Shown here: in pieces, positions 49,438 to 59,009 of the stretch
How positions within the stretch are numbered: position 1 is the first letter of the stretch
Layout: each line of letters opens with the position of its first letter
Source: an uncultured Acidobacteriota bacterium
GTDB taxonomy: Bacteria > Acidobacteriota > JAQAZP01
Reading direction: 5' to 3'
Length of the DNA stretch: 64,000 nucleotides
NCBI GenBank assembly: GCA_963836075.1
Contig: CAWIIB010000009.1
Coordinates: 992,001-1,056,000 of the forward strand
Made by a program: the position numbers and the translations under genes
Notes under the pieces: model-generated
Databases searched by the model: none
What the model was told of the DNA's origin: nothing
What the model saw: the letters and a program-made list of their open reading frames with translations, nothing else

Positions 49438-49549
49438 TGCCTGTACAGTCTGAAGGTAACCGATATCAATGGTATAGTAATCAGGTAATACCTGACAACT
49501 TGATCATCATCGATCGGCTTGTATCTATTGAATAGAGGAGGATCATTCC

Positions 49550-50011
49550 ATGAGGAGACTTGTGGTTTTATTGATCGCCCTGGGCCTGGCCGTGACCGGC
49601 CCGGCGGCGGCACAGACGGAACCGGGTACCGCTGAAACCATCGGCGCCATACAGCTGGAAAAGCAGGCCATCGTCGAGCAGACCATGGAGATCACCTCCA
49701 CCCAGGCCGAAAAGTTCTGGCCGCTCTACCTCGAATACGAGAATGCCCGCCGGGGAATCAGCGATCGAATGGCGAAGCTGATTGACGATTATCTCGCCCA
49801 GTACGACCGGCTGACCAATGATTATGCGGAAACCGTGCTGGCCGACTACCTGGACATCGAGCAGGACCGGCTCAAGCTGAAAAAGCAATACATCAAGAAG
49901 TTCCGCAAGGTGCTCACCTCGAGACAGACGGCACGGTTCTTCCAGCTGGAGAACAAGCTGGAAGCGATGACCCGGGCCGAACTTGCCACTGAAATTCCCC
50001 TGGTGCGCTGA
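49550..50011 (+). CDS. Secreted helical hypothetical protein (Spy/CpxP-like pattern)
   Basis: GAGGAGG RBS, signal peptide, QAEKFWPLYLEY...KFRKVL...ARFFQLENKL. Confidence 0.75.
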   Translation: MRRLVVLLIALGLAVTGPAAAQTEPGTAETIGAIQLEKQAIVEQTMEITSTQAEKFWPLYLEYENARRGISDRMAKLIDDYLAQYDRLTNDYAETVLADYLDIEQDRLKLKKQYIKKFRKVLTSRQTARFFQLENKLEAMTRAELATEIPLVR

Positions 50012-51529
50012 ATGAGAAAAACCACAAGCCTGGTAGCGACTCTGATTCTGATCCTTCCCCTGCTGCTGCTTCCGGCGTGCTCATCACCGGAGGGTGATGA
50101 CGACATCATTGCGGCTCTCCCTGACGAGTTCGGGGCGGAAGACGGCAGGATGATGGCCTCGCCCGAAGACATCAACCGCGAGGACGCTCTCTTCGAGCGA
50201 CTGTACCAGCCGTTCCACGGCGACCTGGACGGGATGAAAAAGAGAAACGCGATCCGCGTGCTGGTCAGCTTCAGCAAGACCAACTATTTCTTCCACAAGG
50301 GCCGGGCCCGGGGGTTCGAATACGAATTGCTCAAGGAATGGGAAAAGGGGCTGAACAAGGGAGTGACACGGGAGGCGGACCGGACACACCTTGTCTTCAT
50401 TCCCACCCCGTTCAACCGGTTGTTCACCGACCTGGCCGAGGGCCGGGGGGACATGGCCGCCGCCGGTCTGACCATCACCCCGGAGCGGCAGGCGATGGCC
50501 GACTTCACCCCGCCGTACATCCCCAAGGTCTCGGAAGTGGTGGTGGCCCACAAGGGTGTGGAGGGGGTCGGGGCCCTGGAAGACCTGGCCGGACGAGAGT
50601 TTTACGTGCGGCCCGGGAGCAGTTACGTCACCCACCTCGAGGAGTTGAACCGGCAGCTCGGGGAGCAGGGACAGAAAAAGGTGAAGATCCGGCCGGCCGA
50701 CAGGAATCTGGCCACCGAGGACATTCTCGAGCTGGTCAACGCCGGGGTAGTGCAGCTCACCGTGGCCGACCGGCACATCGCTGAACTGTGGGCCGGTGTG
50801 CTGCCCGACCTGGTGGTCCGCGATGACCTGGTGATCCACGAGGGCGGCGGCATCGGCTGGGCGGTGCGCAAGAAGTGCCCCCAGTTGCTGGGCAGTCTCG
50901 ACAGCTTTGCCAAGAAGAACCGCAAGGGCTCAATGCTGGGCAATATGCTCTTCAAGCGTTACTACCGCAACAGCGAGTGGATCAAGAACCCGGTTTCCGC
51001 GGAAGAGAGGAAGAAGCTGGATAACTTGATTGTCCTTTTCCAGAATTACGGCGACCAGTACAGTTTTGACTGGCTGGCCCTGGCCGCCCAGGCCTACCAG
51101 GAATCGGAGCTGAACCACAACCGCCGGAGCCGTGCCGGGGCGGTGGGGATCATGCAGATCAAGCCCAGCACCGCCGCGGACAAGGCGGTGGGCATCAACG
51201 ACGTTCACGACCTGGAGAACAACATCCACGCCGGCACCAGGTATCTCGACTACCTGCGCCAGCGCTATTTCAGCGACCCGGAGATGGACCCGACGGACCG
51301 GGTCTTCTTTTCCTGGGCCGCGTACAACGCCGGGCCGGGCAACATCGTCAAGGCCCGGAGCAGTGCGGCGAAGCAGGGCCTTGATCCCAACCTCTGGTAC
51401 TACAACGTGGAGAAGGTTGTGGCCCGCCAGGTGAGCGAGGAGACGGTGCGCTACGTGGACAACATCAACAAGTACTACGTGGCCTACCGCCTGGCCTTTG
51501 AGACGCGGCTGGCAAAAACCGACGATTAG
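50012..51529 (+). CDS. mltF: MltF-like lytic transglycosylase (SBP_bac_3 + SLT domain)
   Basis: Lipoprotein-like signal, GFEYEL, GDMAAAGLTITPER substrate-binding domain, SLT motifs YQES, GIMQ and AAYNAG. Confidence 0.85.
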   Translation: MRKTTSLVATLILILPLLLLPACSSPEGDDDIIAALPDEFGAEDGRMMASPEDINREDALFERLYQPFHGDLDGMKKRNAIRVLVSFSKTNYFFHKGRARGFEYELLKEWEKGLNKGVTREADRTHLVFIPTPFNRLFTDLAEGRGDMAAAGLTITPERQAMADFTPPYIPKVSEVVVAHKGVEGVGALEDLAGREFYVRPGSSYVTHLEELNRQLGEQGQKKVKIRPADRNLATEDILELVNAGVVQLTVADRHIAELWAGVLPDLVVRDDLVIHEGGGIGWAVRKKCPQLLGSLDSFAKKNRKGSMLGNMLFKRYYRNSEWIKNPVSAEERKKLDNLIVLFQNYGDQYSFDWLALAAQAYQESELNHNRRSRAGAVGIMQIKPSTAADKAVGINDVHDLENNIHAGTRYLDYLRQRYFSDPEMDPTDRVFFSWAAYNAGPGNIVKARSSAAKQGLDPNLWYYNVEKVVARQVSEETVRYVDNINKYYVAYRLAFETRLAKTDD

Positions 51530-51594
51530 TGGCAGCGCAGGGGACGCATGCAGTCGTGAGCATGAGGGGCGGGTTGTCTCTCGTCAGCCCCGGC

Positions 51595-51798
51595 TCATTC
51601 CCTCCGCTGCATCATCAACAGGCTGATCAGGTAGGCCGCCACCACGGCCATGGCGATGAGGAATATAATCGTGTTCAGGTCGGCACCGAACAGTGGTCCG
51701 AACAGGATGATGGTCAGCAGCACCACCAGCAGTATGGCGTGACGCAGTGTGCGTTGTTGCCGGCCACCAGTGGTATTGCTGTCAGCGGTCTTATTCAT
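51595..51798 (-). CDS. Small two-TM membrane hypothetical protein
   Basis: GGGGAG RBS-like sequence and two hydrophobic helices; no family recognised. Confidence 0.4.
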   Translation of the reverse strand: MNKTADSNTTGGRQQRTLRHAILLVVLLTIILFGPLFGADLNTIIFLIAMAVVAAYLISLLMMQRRE

Positions 51799-52189
51799 GA
51801 TTCTCGGCCACTCCCCGGGATGGTCCACCGTAAATTCAGCCGCAAGCCATGTCCGATCTGACATTGCTCACGGATACGGCATTCCAGGTGATGAAAACCG
51901 GCGGCGTCCAGGGATGCCCCTCGGAACACCTTGGCAACGTCGATGCGGCAGGTGTGCACCGGCGGTGGTGAGGTGGATTTGGGCATCAAATTGGACCCTT
52001 TGATCAACGTCCTCGCTACGAAACCGCTCGGCGCCCGCTGACCGGCCTTTCGGAAACCGTGCCATGCCCGCTGGCCGACCGCGAGGCGTCCTGCCGGTGG
52101 GCTGCAAAGAAGCCTTCATCGATGGAAGCCGGGTTGCCCGCGGCGAGCCCCGAATGGGTCTGTTTTAATGCCCGGTGCCGTCGGGGTGT

Positions 52190-55100
52190 TTATCGCGTTC
52201 CTGCGGCATTATCACCATTCTCGCGATACCGGGAAGGGGCCACTCCGAACTCGTCCTTGAAGTTGCTCGAGAAGTGGGAAATGCTCTTGAACCCCACGGT
52301 GTAGGCCACCTCGGCCACGTTGCCGTAGCCCTGGGCCAGCAGCTGGGCCGCCCGGCGCAGCCGCTGGCGCCGGATGACATAGCTGGCCGAATGCCCGGTG
52401 AGGGCTTTCAGCTTGCGGTGCAGCTGGGTGCGGCTCAGGCCCACCTCGCGGGCGAATACCTCCACATTGAAATTTTCGTCCTCCATCTTCTCCTCCACCA
52501 CCTCCAGGATTCGGGCGAGGAAGCGGTCGTTCTGGCTGACCAGGGGCAGGTCGAGCACCGGCAGCAGGTCGAGGTTGTTGTTGTACTTGCGGCGCAGCCG
52601 GGCCCGCTGCTCGATGAGGTTGGCGGCGCGGATGCGCAATTCTTCCGGGTCCAGCGGCTTGGAGAGGTAGTCGTCGGCGCCGGTCCGCAGTCCCTCCTTG
52701 CGGCTTTCCGCGTCGGCTTTGGCGGTGAGCAGGATCACCGGCACGTGGTCAGTGGCCGGGTCGCTCTTCAGCCGGGCCAGCAGTTCGAAGCCGTCCATCT
52801 TCGGCATCATCACGTCGCTGATCACCAGATCCGGCACGTGGCTCCGTGCCGCCTCCAGGCCAGCTGCTCCGTCGGCGGCGGTGACGATCCGGTACTGGCC
52901 ACCCAGCTCCCCCGACAGGAAAGAACGCAGATCGACGTGGTCCTCCACGATGAGCACCAGCGGCCGGGCCGGGGCCTCTCCTCCGGCGTCGCCTGAGTCG
53001 TCGTCGCCAGCGGGAGCAGGCGGTTCAGCGGCCGCCTCGGCCAGGGTCCGGCTGCGCTGCAGGGCCTCGTTCTGATCGCGATCCTCCGCCAGGGCGGTCA
53101 CCGCCGCTGGCACGGCACCAGCCACCGGCGTGGTGATCAACGGCAGGTTGACCCAGAAAGACGTCTCCCGGCCCGAGGCGGAGTGAACTCCCGCCGAGCC
53201 GCCCATGAAGTCCACCAGTTCCTTGACCAGGGCCAGGCCGATGCCGCTGCCCACGTTCCCGTCCATGCTCGTGGAGGCCGCCTTGATGAAACGGTCGAAG
53301 ACCCGATCCTGGTCATCGGGTTCGATATAGGTGCCGGTGTTGGCCACCACGATGGTCATCTCGCAGCAGGAGACGTCACCCTCCAGGCCCAGCCGGTCGC
53401 GGTCGCCCGCGGGCAGGGGGAACTCTCCACCCAGCTGCAGCTGCAGGTTCACGCTCTCCCCCTCGGGCGCATAGCGCAGCGCGTTGGACAGCAGGTTGGC
53501 CACTACCGTTTCCACCACGTTTCGGTCGAACCAGCAGTGGACCGCCCTGTCCGGCAGGTCGGTTTCAAAGTTGATGTTACGGGTCTCGGCGATGTAGGCA
53601 AATGGTGAGCTGACCGCGCCCACGAACCCCACCACATCGTCGCTGTGCCATTTCAGGATCAGGCTCCCCGATTCCAGCCGTGCCAGGTCGAGCAATTGCT
53701 CCACGAGAATACGCAGCCGCCGGGTGTTGCGCATGACGATCTCGTAGTCCTCGGTGCCGGAGCTGCCCGGGTTCTCCTGGCTGCGGCGCAGCAATCCTTC
53801 GATCAGGGTCAGCGGGGTGCGGAACTCGTGGGAGATGTTGGCGAAGAAGCGGGATTTGACCCGGTCCAGTTCTTCGAGTTTCTCCACTTCCGCCTTGCGC
53901 AGTTGCAGTATTTCGGTGTACCTGGCACGCCGCAGCAGGGTACGGAAGACCAGGGCCAGCAGGAGCAGCGCGGCCAGCGTGTAGACCACGTAGGCCAGCG
54001 GTGAAGCCCACCAGGGATGCCGCACGCGCACCGACAGTGAGGCGCTGCGAGAGCTCCAGACACCATCGCGGTTGGTGCCCTCCACTTCGAAGGTATAGCT
54101 GCCCGGCGAAAGATTGGTGTAGGTGACAGCGGGAACGGCTTCGGGAATTCGCCAGCCGGCATCGTAGCCCCGCAGGCGGTAGCGGTAGCGCAGCAGATCG
54201 GGCCGGCGGAAATCGAGGCTGGCGAAGGAAAAACCGACTACGTTCTGATCGTGGGCCAGGTCGAGCGAGGGGGCAGCGGTCACGTTCATCGCCAGCGGCG
54301 AGTCCGGCCCGCCGCGCACAGGCTCGTCGAACAGTTTCAGGGCGGTCAACACCACCGCGGGCTCGAAACGGCTGGGGATGAATTGGTCGGGACGGAAGGT
54401 GATCAGACCGCGCAGGCTCGGCAAAAACGCCATCCCGTCCGGGTCCAGCAGGGCGTTGCAGCATTCGTTGTTCGCGGGCAGGCCGTCGAGCGTGTCGAAA
54501 TTGCGGACTGTGCGGGTTTCCGGGTCGAACAGCGACAGGCCGCGGCTGGTGGAGAGCCAGAGGCGACCCCGACCGTCCAGCAGCAGGGTGGTGACCCGGT
54601 CATTGGGCAGGCCGTCACGTTCGGTCAGAGTTTCGAGCACGCGGCCGCTGCCCGTATCGAACAAGATCAGGCCGGACAGGCAGCCCAGCCAGAGCTTGCC
54701 ACCGCCGGCTTCGCGGATATCGTTCACGGAGTAGAGATCCCCCTGCGGCTCGAAGAAACGCTCGAAATCGTCGGTTTCGGGCACGTAGCGGTGCAGCCCG
54801 GCGGTGGAGGTGCCCACCCAGAGCCGGTCGTTGTTGTCACGGAACAGACACATCACCGATCGGGAGCCGAGTGTCCGCTCGTCGTCGGGATCAGTTGCGT
54901 AGTGCCGGGCCAGGGTACCGTCGGGATGCAAACGCCACAGGCCGGAATCACGAGTTCCCAGCCACAGGGCGCCGTCCGGATCGACCAGCAGCGAACGGAT
55001 CGACGTGACTGCCTGCCCGTCCAGCGAGGGATCCTCGATGCGGTGCGGGGTGAAGGTACCGGTGATCCGGTCGTAGGACCAGAGGCCCAAATTCGTGCCG

Positions 55101-56455
55101 ATCCAGAGCCGCTCGTCATGGGCCTCGGCGATCTTCTCCACCACGTGAAGGTCGCTTTGCGGCAGGGGAATGTGTTTGAAGGAGAGCCCGTCGGGCTCCA
55201 GCCGGTTGAGACCGCCGATAACCGGTCCCGCGGTGGCCGTGCCCGTCCCCACCCAAATGACCCCGTGGCGGTCACGCAGCACATCCCGCACCGGGTTGAT
55301 GTGCAGGCTGCCCGGCCGGCCGGGTTCGTGATGGTGGACCTGAAAGAAGGATCCCACGGGTTCGAAGCGGCTCAGCCCACCCTGCCAGGTGCCGGCCCAG
55401 ATCATGCCGGTGGCATCACAGGACACGCTGACGACCGGGCCCGGGACAAGGGAGTTGGCTGCATCGGCTTCATACTCGTAGAGATCAAATCGATCCCGGT
55501 GGGGATCGAACCGCTGCAGACCCACCTCGCTTCCCAGCCAGAGCACGCCGGATTGATCCACCGTGATGCGAACGGTATTGTTGATAGCCGCACTCGGATT
55601 TAGTGGATCCGGCAGGTGAATGCTCAGCTCGCGGGTCTGCGGATTCCATTCCATCACGCCGCCGTAGCCGGCGATCCAGATGCGGCCGTTCTCCCCCTCG
55701 AACAGCTCCTCTGCCGAGGCCAGCGGTCCGCCCTGGGCCCGCGATGTGGGGGCGACCAGCACATTGAGGCGATGTCCCTCCGTATCCATGACGTGAACCG
55801 CACCGGAACGAGTGGTGATCCAGACCTGGTTCTGACTGTCGATCAGCACATCCGTGATGATCTGCGGTTCCATATCCTCCGGCCAGTTCGGGCCGGGAAT
55901 GACGGTGGTGACGGCATCGGTTTCAGGGTCCACGTGGAAAAGTCGGCCTTCGGAGGTGGCCACCCAGACCCGTCCCCGGTGGTCCTCGGCAAAGTTCCGG
56001 ATCCAACCGGCTGGGATTTGCGAGATGTCCCCCGTTTCCGTCCCGAATCGGGTGAAGCGCTCATTCACGGGATCATAGCGGCACATCCCGTTGAGAATCG
56101 TCCCCACCCAGATCCGGCCCCGGGAATCCTCAAGCAGGCAACTGATGAGACGGCCGGCAACAGTTGTCTGGTCTCCCTGAAGAGGTCGAAAGACCCGAAA
56201 TTCCAGGCCATCGTAACGAACAAGCCCCCCCTGGGTACCCAGCCAGATGAAGCCTCGACGGTCCTGAATGATGGCGCGTATCGTGTTGTCGGGCAGGCCG
56301 TCATCGACGGTCAGGTTTTGGAAGACAAGCCGTGATTGAGCGGTGGCGTATCCGGTATCTGTTCCGGCCAGAACCAGAACGGGAATTAGCATGGCGAGTA
56401 AGTAACGAATGGGTGTTTCCTGAAGATATTTCATCTGGCCACAAGGATGATTCAC
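52190..56455 (-). CDS. Hybrid two-component system: beta-propeller (Reg_prop) + Y_Y_Y sensor, histidine kinase, receiver, AraC HTH
   Basis: Repeated D..G.(I/L)W(L/V)GT..G(L/M) propeller units, YRYRL.G/YTNLSPGSYTFEV, a TM helix, H-box FFANISHEFRTPL, GSGIGLAL, receiver ISDVMMP, and AraC AEVAYTVGFKSISHFS. Start is uncertain. Confidence 0.93.
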   Translation of the reverse strand: MNHPCGQMKYLQETPIRYLLAMLIPVLVLAGTDTGYATAQSRLVFQNLTVDDGLPDNTIRAIIQDRRGFIWLGTQGGLVRYDGLEFRVFRPLQGDQTTVAGRLISCLLEDSRGRIWVGTILNGMCRYDPVNERFTRFGTETGDISQIPAGWIRNFAEDHRGRVWVATSEGRLFHVDPETDAVTTVIPGPNWPEDMEPQIITDVLIDSQNQVWITTRSGAVHVMDTEGHRLNVLVAPTSRAQGGPLASAEELFEGENGRIWIAGYGGVMEWNPQTRELSIHLPDPLNPSAAINNTVRITVDQSGVLWLGSEVGLQRFDPHRDRFDLYEYEADAANSLVPGPVVSVSCDATGMIWAGTWQGGLSRFEPVGSFFQVHHHEPGRPGSLHINPVRDVLRDRHGVIWVGTGTATAGPVIGGLNRLEPDGLSFKHIPLPQSDLHVVEKIAEAHDERLWIGTNLGLWSYDRITGTFTPHRIEDPSLDGQAVTSIRSLLVDPDGALWLGTRDSGLWRLHPDGTLARHYATDPDDERTLGSRSVMCLFRDNNDRLWVGTSTAGLHRYVPETDDFERFFEPQGDLYSVNDIREAGGGKLWLGCLSGLILFDTGSGRVLETLTERDGLPNDRVTTLLLDGRGRLWLSTSRGLSLFDPETRTVRNFDTLDGLPANNECCNALLDPDGMAFLPSLRGLITFRPDQFIPSRFEPAVVLTALKLFDEPVRGGPDSPLAMNVTAAPSLDLAHDQNVVGFSFASLDFRRPDLLRYRYRLRGYDAGWRIPEAVPAVTYTNLSPGSYTFEVEGTNRDGVWSSRSASLSVRVRHPWWASPLAYVVYTLAALLLLALVFRTLLRRARYTEILQLRKAEVEKLEELDRVKSRFFANISHEFRTPLTLIEGLLRRSQENPGSSGTEDYEIVMRNTRRLRILVEQLLDLARLESGSLILKWHSDDVVGFVGAVSSPFAYIAETRNINFETDLPDRAVHCWFDRNVVETVVANLLSNALRYAPEGESVNLQLQLGGEFPLPAGDRDRLGLEGDVSCCEMTIVVANTGTYIEPDDQDRVFDRFIKAASTSMDGNVGSGIGLALVKELVDFMGGSAGVHSASGRETSFWVNLPLITTPVAGAVPAAVTALAEDRDQNEALQRSRTLAEAAAEPPAPAGDDDSGDAGGEAPARPLVLIVEDHVDLRSFLSGELGGQYRIVTAADGAAGLEAARSHVPDLVISDVMMPKMDGFELLARLKSDPATDHVPVILLTAKADAESRKEGLRTGADDYLSKPLDPEELRIRAANLIEQRARLRRKYNNNLDLLPVLDLPLVSQNDRFLARILEVVEEKMEDENFNVEVFAREVGLSRTQLHRKLKALTGHSASYVIRRQRLRRAAQLLAQGYGNVAEVAYTVGFKSISHFSSNFKDEFGVAPSRYRENGDNAAGTR

Positions 56456-56892
56456 CGGATCGCCTTCAGATGACGGACTTGCCTGGTCGCTTGCCCTGTT
56501 GCCGTTTGAATGCCCGGTGACTTTTCATCACAGAATTGAACAAATATCCGAAAATATGATGATTTGCAACATATGGGCAAAAAAAAGAACCATGCTGACG
56601 AGACTGCATCGTATCGAATACTGTATCTTTTGTTCGTTTCGTATCGTCTCCTCGTCTCCGACACAGTGGCGGTCAAATCGATCCGCGCAGGAAGGGAAGC
56701 GGGGGGGCCGACGTAGATCATCTGACAATCTGTAGGGAAGTCTTCCTCCTTCCGCCCCGGAGGAGGAGTCCCACCAGTTCCCCGGGTCCTGGTGGGAAAA
56801 GAAATGGCTTGCCGGTTTCGGGGCTTGTGATACGAAACGGTCCGGCAGGCAGCAATCGCTCTCGAGGGGAAACAGAAAGAGGAGTTGAAAAA

Positions 56893-58836
56893 ATGAGATC
56901 TTTGGTTTCGCTATTCGTTTTTTTGCTGGTTGTGGCGGGTCCGGTCCAGGCGGCCACCGTCCAGGTGGAAATCACCGGGACAGTGGAATACAACCAGATC
57001 ACCGCCGGGTCATTTGCGGACGTGGTCTCCGGTGATGCTTTCACCTGGTCGTTCATTGTCGACTCGAACAACTTTCTGGACAGCGTGACGTACAACACGC
57101 GCGGCTACGTGATCGACGCGGACTCGTTCAGTTCGGTCATCGGGCCGGCAACGCACGGCTTCCAGGATCCCTTCCCGGGAATCCCCTACTTCGTGATCCG
57201 CGAGAGCGATCCGGTGGCCGACGGCTTCTTCATGGCCCGGGACAACGTGGACTATCCCTACCCCGACTGTCCGCTGGATGAAGCAGGCGTCATTGGTGAC
57301 TTCGCCCCCCACTTCGAGGTGGGCTATGAAGGCACGACGCTCGCCTCCCTGGACATTCTCGACGCGGTGGGGACCTACGACTACACCGGGTTGACCAGCT
57401 TCTACACCGTGGTGCTGGACGGCTGGGCCGAGCCGATGGGCCTGGAGTTCGGGCAGCTGACGATCACCGAGGTTCCGGAGGTCTATTTCTGGCAGACCGG
57501 CGATGGCAACGGGCTGATGGAGGGCATCAGCAACAACGGTGTTGCCGTGGGCAGCTTTGCCCACTCGGCCGGTGAGTATTTCATGTGGACCGCGGACAGC
57601 GGCGTAACCACCATCGGCGGCGTTCCCGCGGGTAGCGGCGTCGGCGGACAGGCCAAAGTCTCCAACGACGGCCTGTATGTGTGCGGCACCACGTACAACG
57701 CCGTGGAGGACTATCACGAGATGAGCCGCTACGACGTCGCTGCCGACACCTGGACCGGCTTTGGCATGATCCCCGACATCGGCATTCAGATTGACGCCGA
57801 AGTCAGCAGCGGCTGGGGCATCTCCGGTGACGGCCTTTCGGTGGTCGGTCTCGGCTGGACCAGCCTCGGCACCGCCGATACCCATGCGTTCCAGTGGACC
57901 GAAGGTGTGGGACCGATCGATCTCGGCTCGGCCACCATCGGCAATTCGGCCCGGGCCAACGGCGTCGACCTGGACGGCAATGTCGTTGTGGGCTGGCAGG
58001 ACGGCGCCGGACGCCAGGGTGCGGTCTGGGTGGACGGCGTGCAGGAGCTGATTTTCACCGACACGGGCGACGTCGCACAGGAGGCTTACGCTGTTTCCGA
58101 CGACGGTGTCTACGCCACCGGTTTCGGCATCGGCGGTTTCTTCGATCCGGGCTATGCCTATCGCTACAACATCGATACCGACACCTACGAACAGCTTCCG
58201 AACCTCGCCGTTGGCGCGGAATCGAGAATGGCCGGCACCGGCATTACGGCGGACGGCACGACCATCGTCGGCGGCACCTGGCCCCTGGGGCCGGCCACCT
58301 TCGGCAAGGCGATCATCTGGCGCGAGGGTATCGGCACGATTCGTCTGGACGAGTATCTCGACGAGCTGGGTGTTGAATACCCCGCCGGCTACAACTTCGC
58401 TTTCGCCTCCGACATCTCCCCCGACGGCCGCTGGATCACCGGCTGGGGCGGCACCGGCTTTGGCGCCTCGGAGAGCTTTGTCATCCGCGTTCCCGAGGTG
58501 ACCTTCACCCCCACCATGATCTGCTTCGAAACGGAACTGGCGCTGCCCCAGGCTGCCGCCTTCCAGGTGGACATCACCAACGTCACCGCCGACCCGATCA
58601 CCGTCAGTGGCGGCGTCTACGTCACACTGTGCAACGGCAACGAGTACGGCCCGATCCGCACCGGCGTGCTGAATGTGGCCGGCTTCGACACTGGTAACAT
58701 CATGTGGAGCCAGCCCGTTCATGCGCTGAACACCACCTGTAACTGTGACCTGGTTTTCACCGTCAAGGCGCAGGATGACGCCGTCGGCTACATGATGACC
58801 GACACCTGCACCATGACCACGATCTGCGCTGAATAA
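56893..58836 (+). CDS. Secreted multidomain protein with HAF-type beta-propeller repeats and Cys-rich C-terminal domain
   Basis: GAGGAG RBS, signal peptide, repeats GISGDGLSVVG...HAFQWT...IDLG, ANGVDLDGNVVVG and DISPDGRWITGWG. Confidence 0.8.
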   Translation: MRSLVSLFVFLLVVAGPVQAATVQVEITGTVEYNQITAGSFADVVSGDAFTWSFIVDSNNFLDSVTYNTRGYVIDADSFSSVIGPATHGFQDPFPGIPYFVIRESDPVADGFFMARDNVDYPYPDCPLDEAGVIGDFAPHFEVGYEGTTLASLDILDAVGTYDYTGLTSFYTVVLDGWAEPMGLEFGQLTITEVPEVYFWQTGDGNGLMEGISNNGVAVGSFAHSAGEYFMWTADSGVTTIGGVPAGSGVGGQAKVSNDGLYVCGTTYNAVEDYHEMSRYDVAADTWTGFGMIPDIGIQIDAEVSSGWGISGDGLSVVGLGWTSLGTADTHAFQWTEGVGPIDLGSATIGNSARANGVDLDGNVVVGWQDGAGRQGAVWVDGVQELIFTDTGDVAQEAYAVSDDGVYATGFGIGGFFDPGYAYRYNIDTDTYEQLPNLAVGAESRMAGTGITADGTTIVGGTWPLGPATFGKAIIWREGIGTIRLDEYLDELGVEYPAGYNFAFASDISPDGRWITGWGGTGFGASESFVIRVPEVTFTPTMICFETELALPQAAAFQVDITNVTADPITVSGGVYVTLCNGNEYGPIRTGVLNVAGFDTGNIMWSQPVHALNTTCNCDLVFTVKAQDDAVGYMMTDTCTMTTICAE

Positions 58837-58865
58837 CTTTGAGGGAATGAGTTCCTCACATGGAC

Positions 58866-58903
58866 ACCCCGGGGTGCTGCCGATGCAGCCCCCGGGGTTT
58901 TTT
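58866..58903 (+). terminator. Intrinsic terminator
   Basis: Stem ACCCCGGGGTGCTGC / GCAGCCCCCGGGGT followed by a T run, about 30 bp after the stop. Confidence 0.75.
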
Positions 58904-59009
58904 ACGTCCCCGGAACTCTGTTCAAGTGGTCCACCGGTTTGACGGCGTGACCGGGTGGTGCTTAGAATGAGCGCACTGAATGTCGATCACCACCCGGGAG
59001 AGTAGAGGC

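Noticed and set aside
51932-51946. Sigma54-like TGGCAAC-N5-TGC spacing
   Set aside because: It is on the plus strand with no plus-strand gene downstream, and the match is weak.
51800-52190. Possible riboswitch or ncRNA in the intergenic region
   Set aside because: Only generic GC-rich hairpins are present, with no recognisable conserved aptamer motif.
58903-58911. TACGTCCCC after the terminator, resembling a right end
   Set aside because: Only 9 bp and the subterminal repeats are missing, so it cannot be supported.
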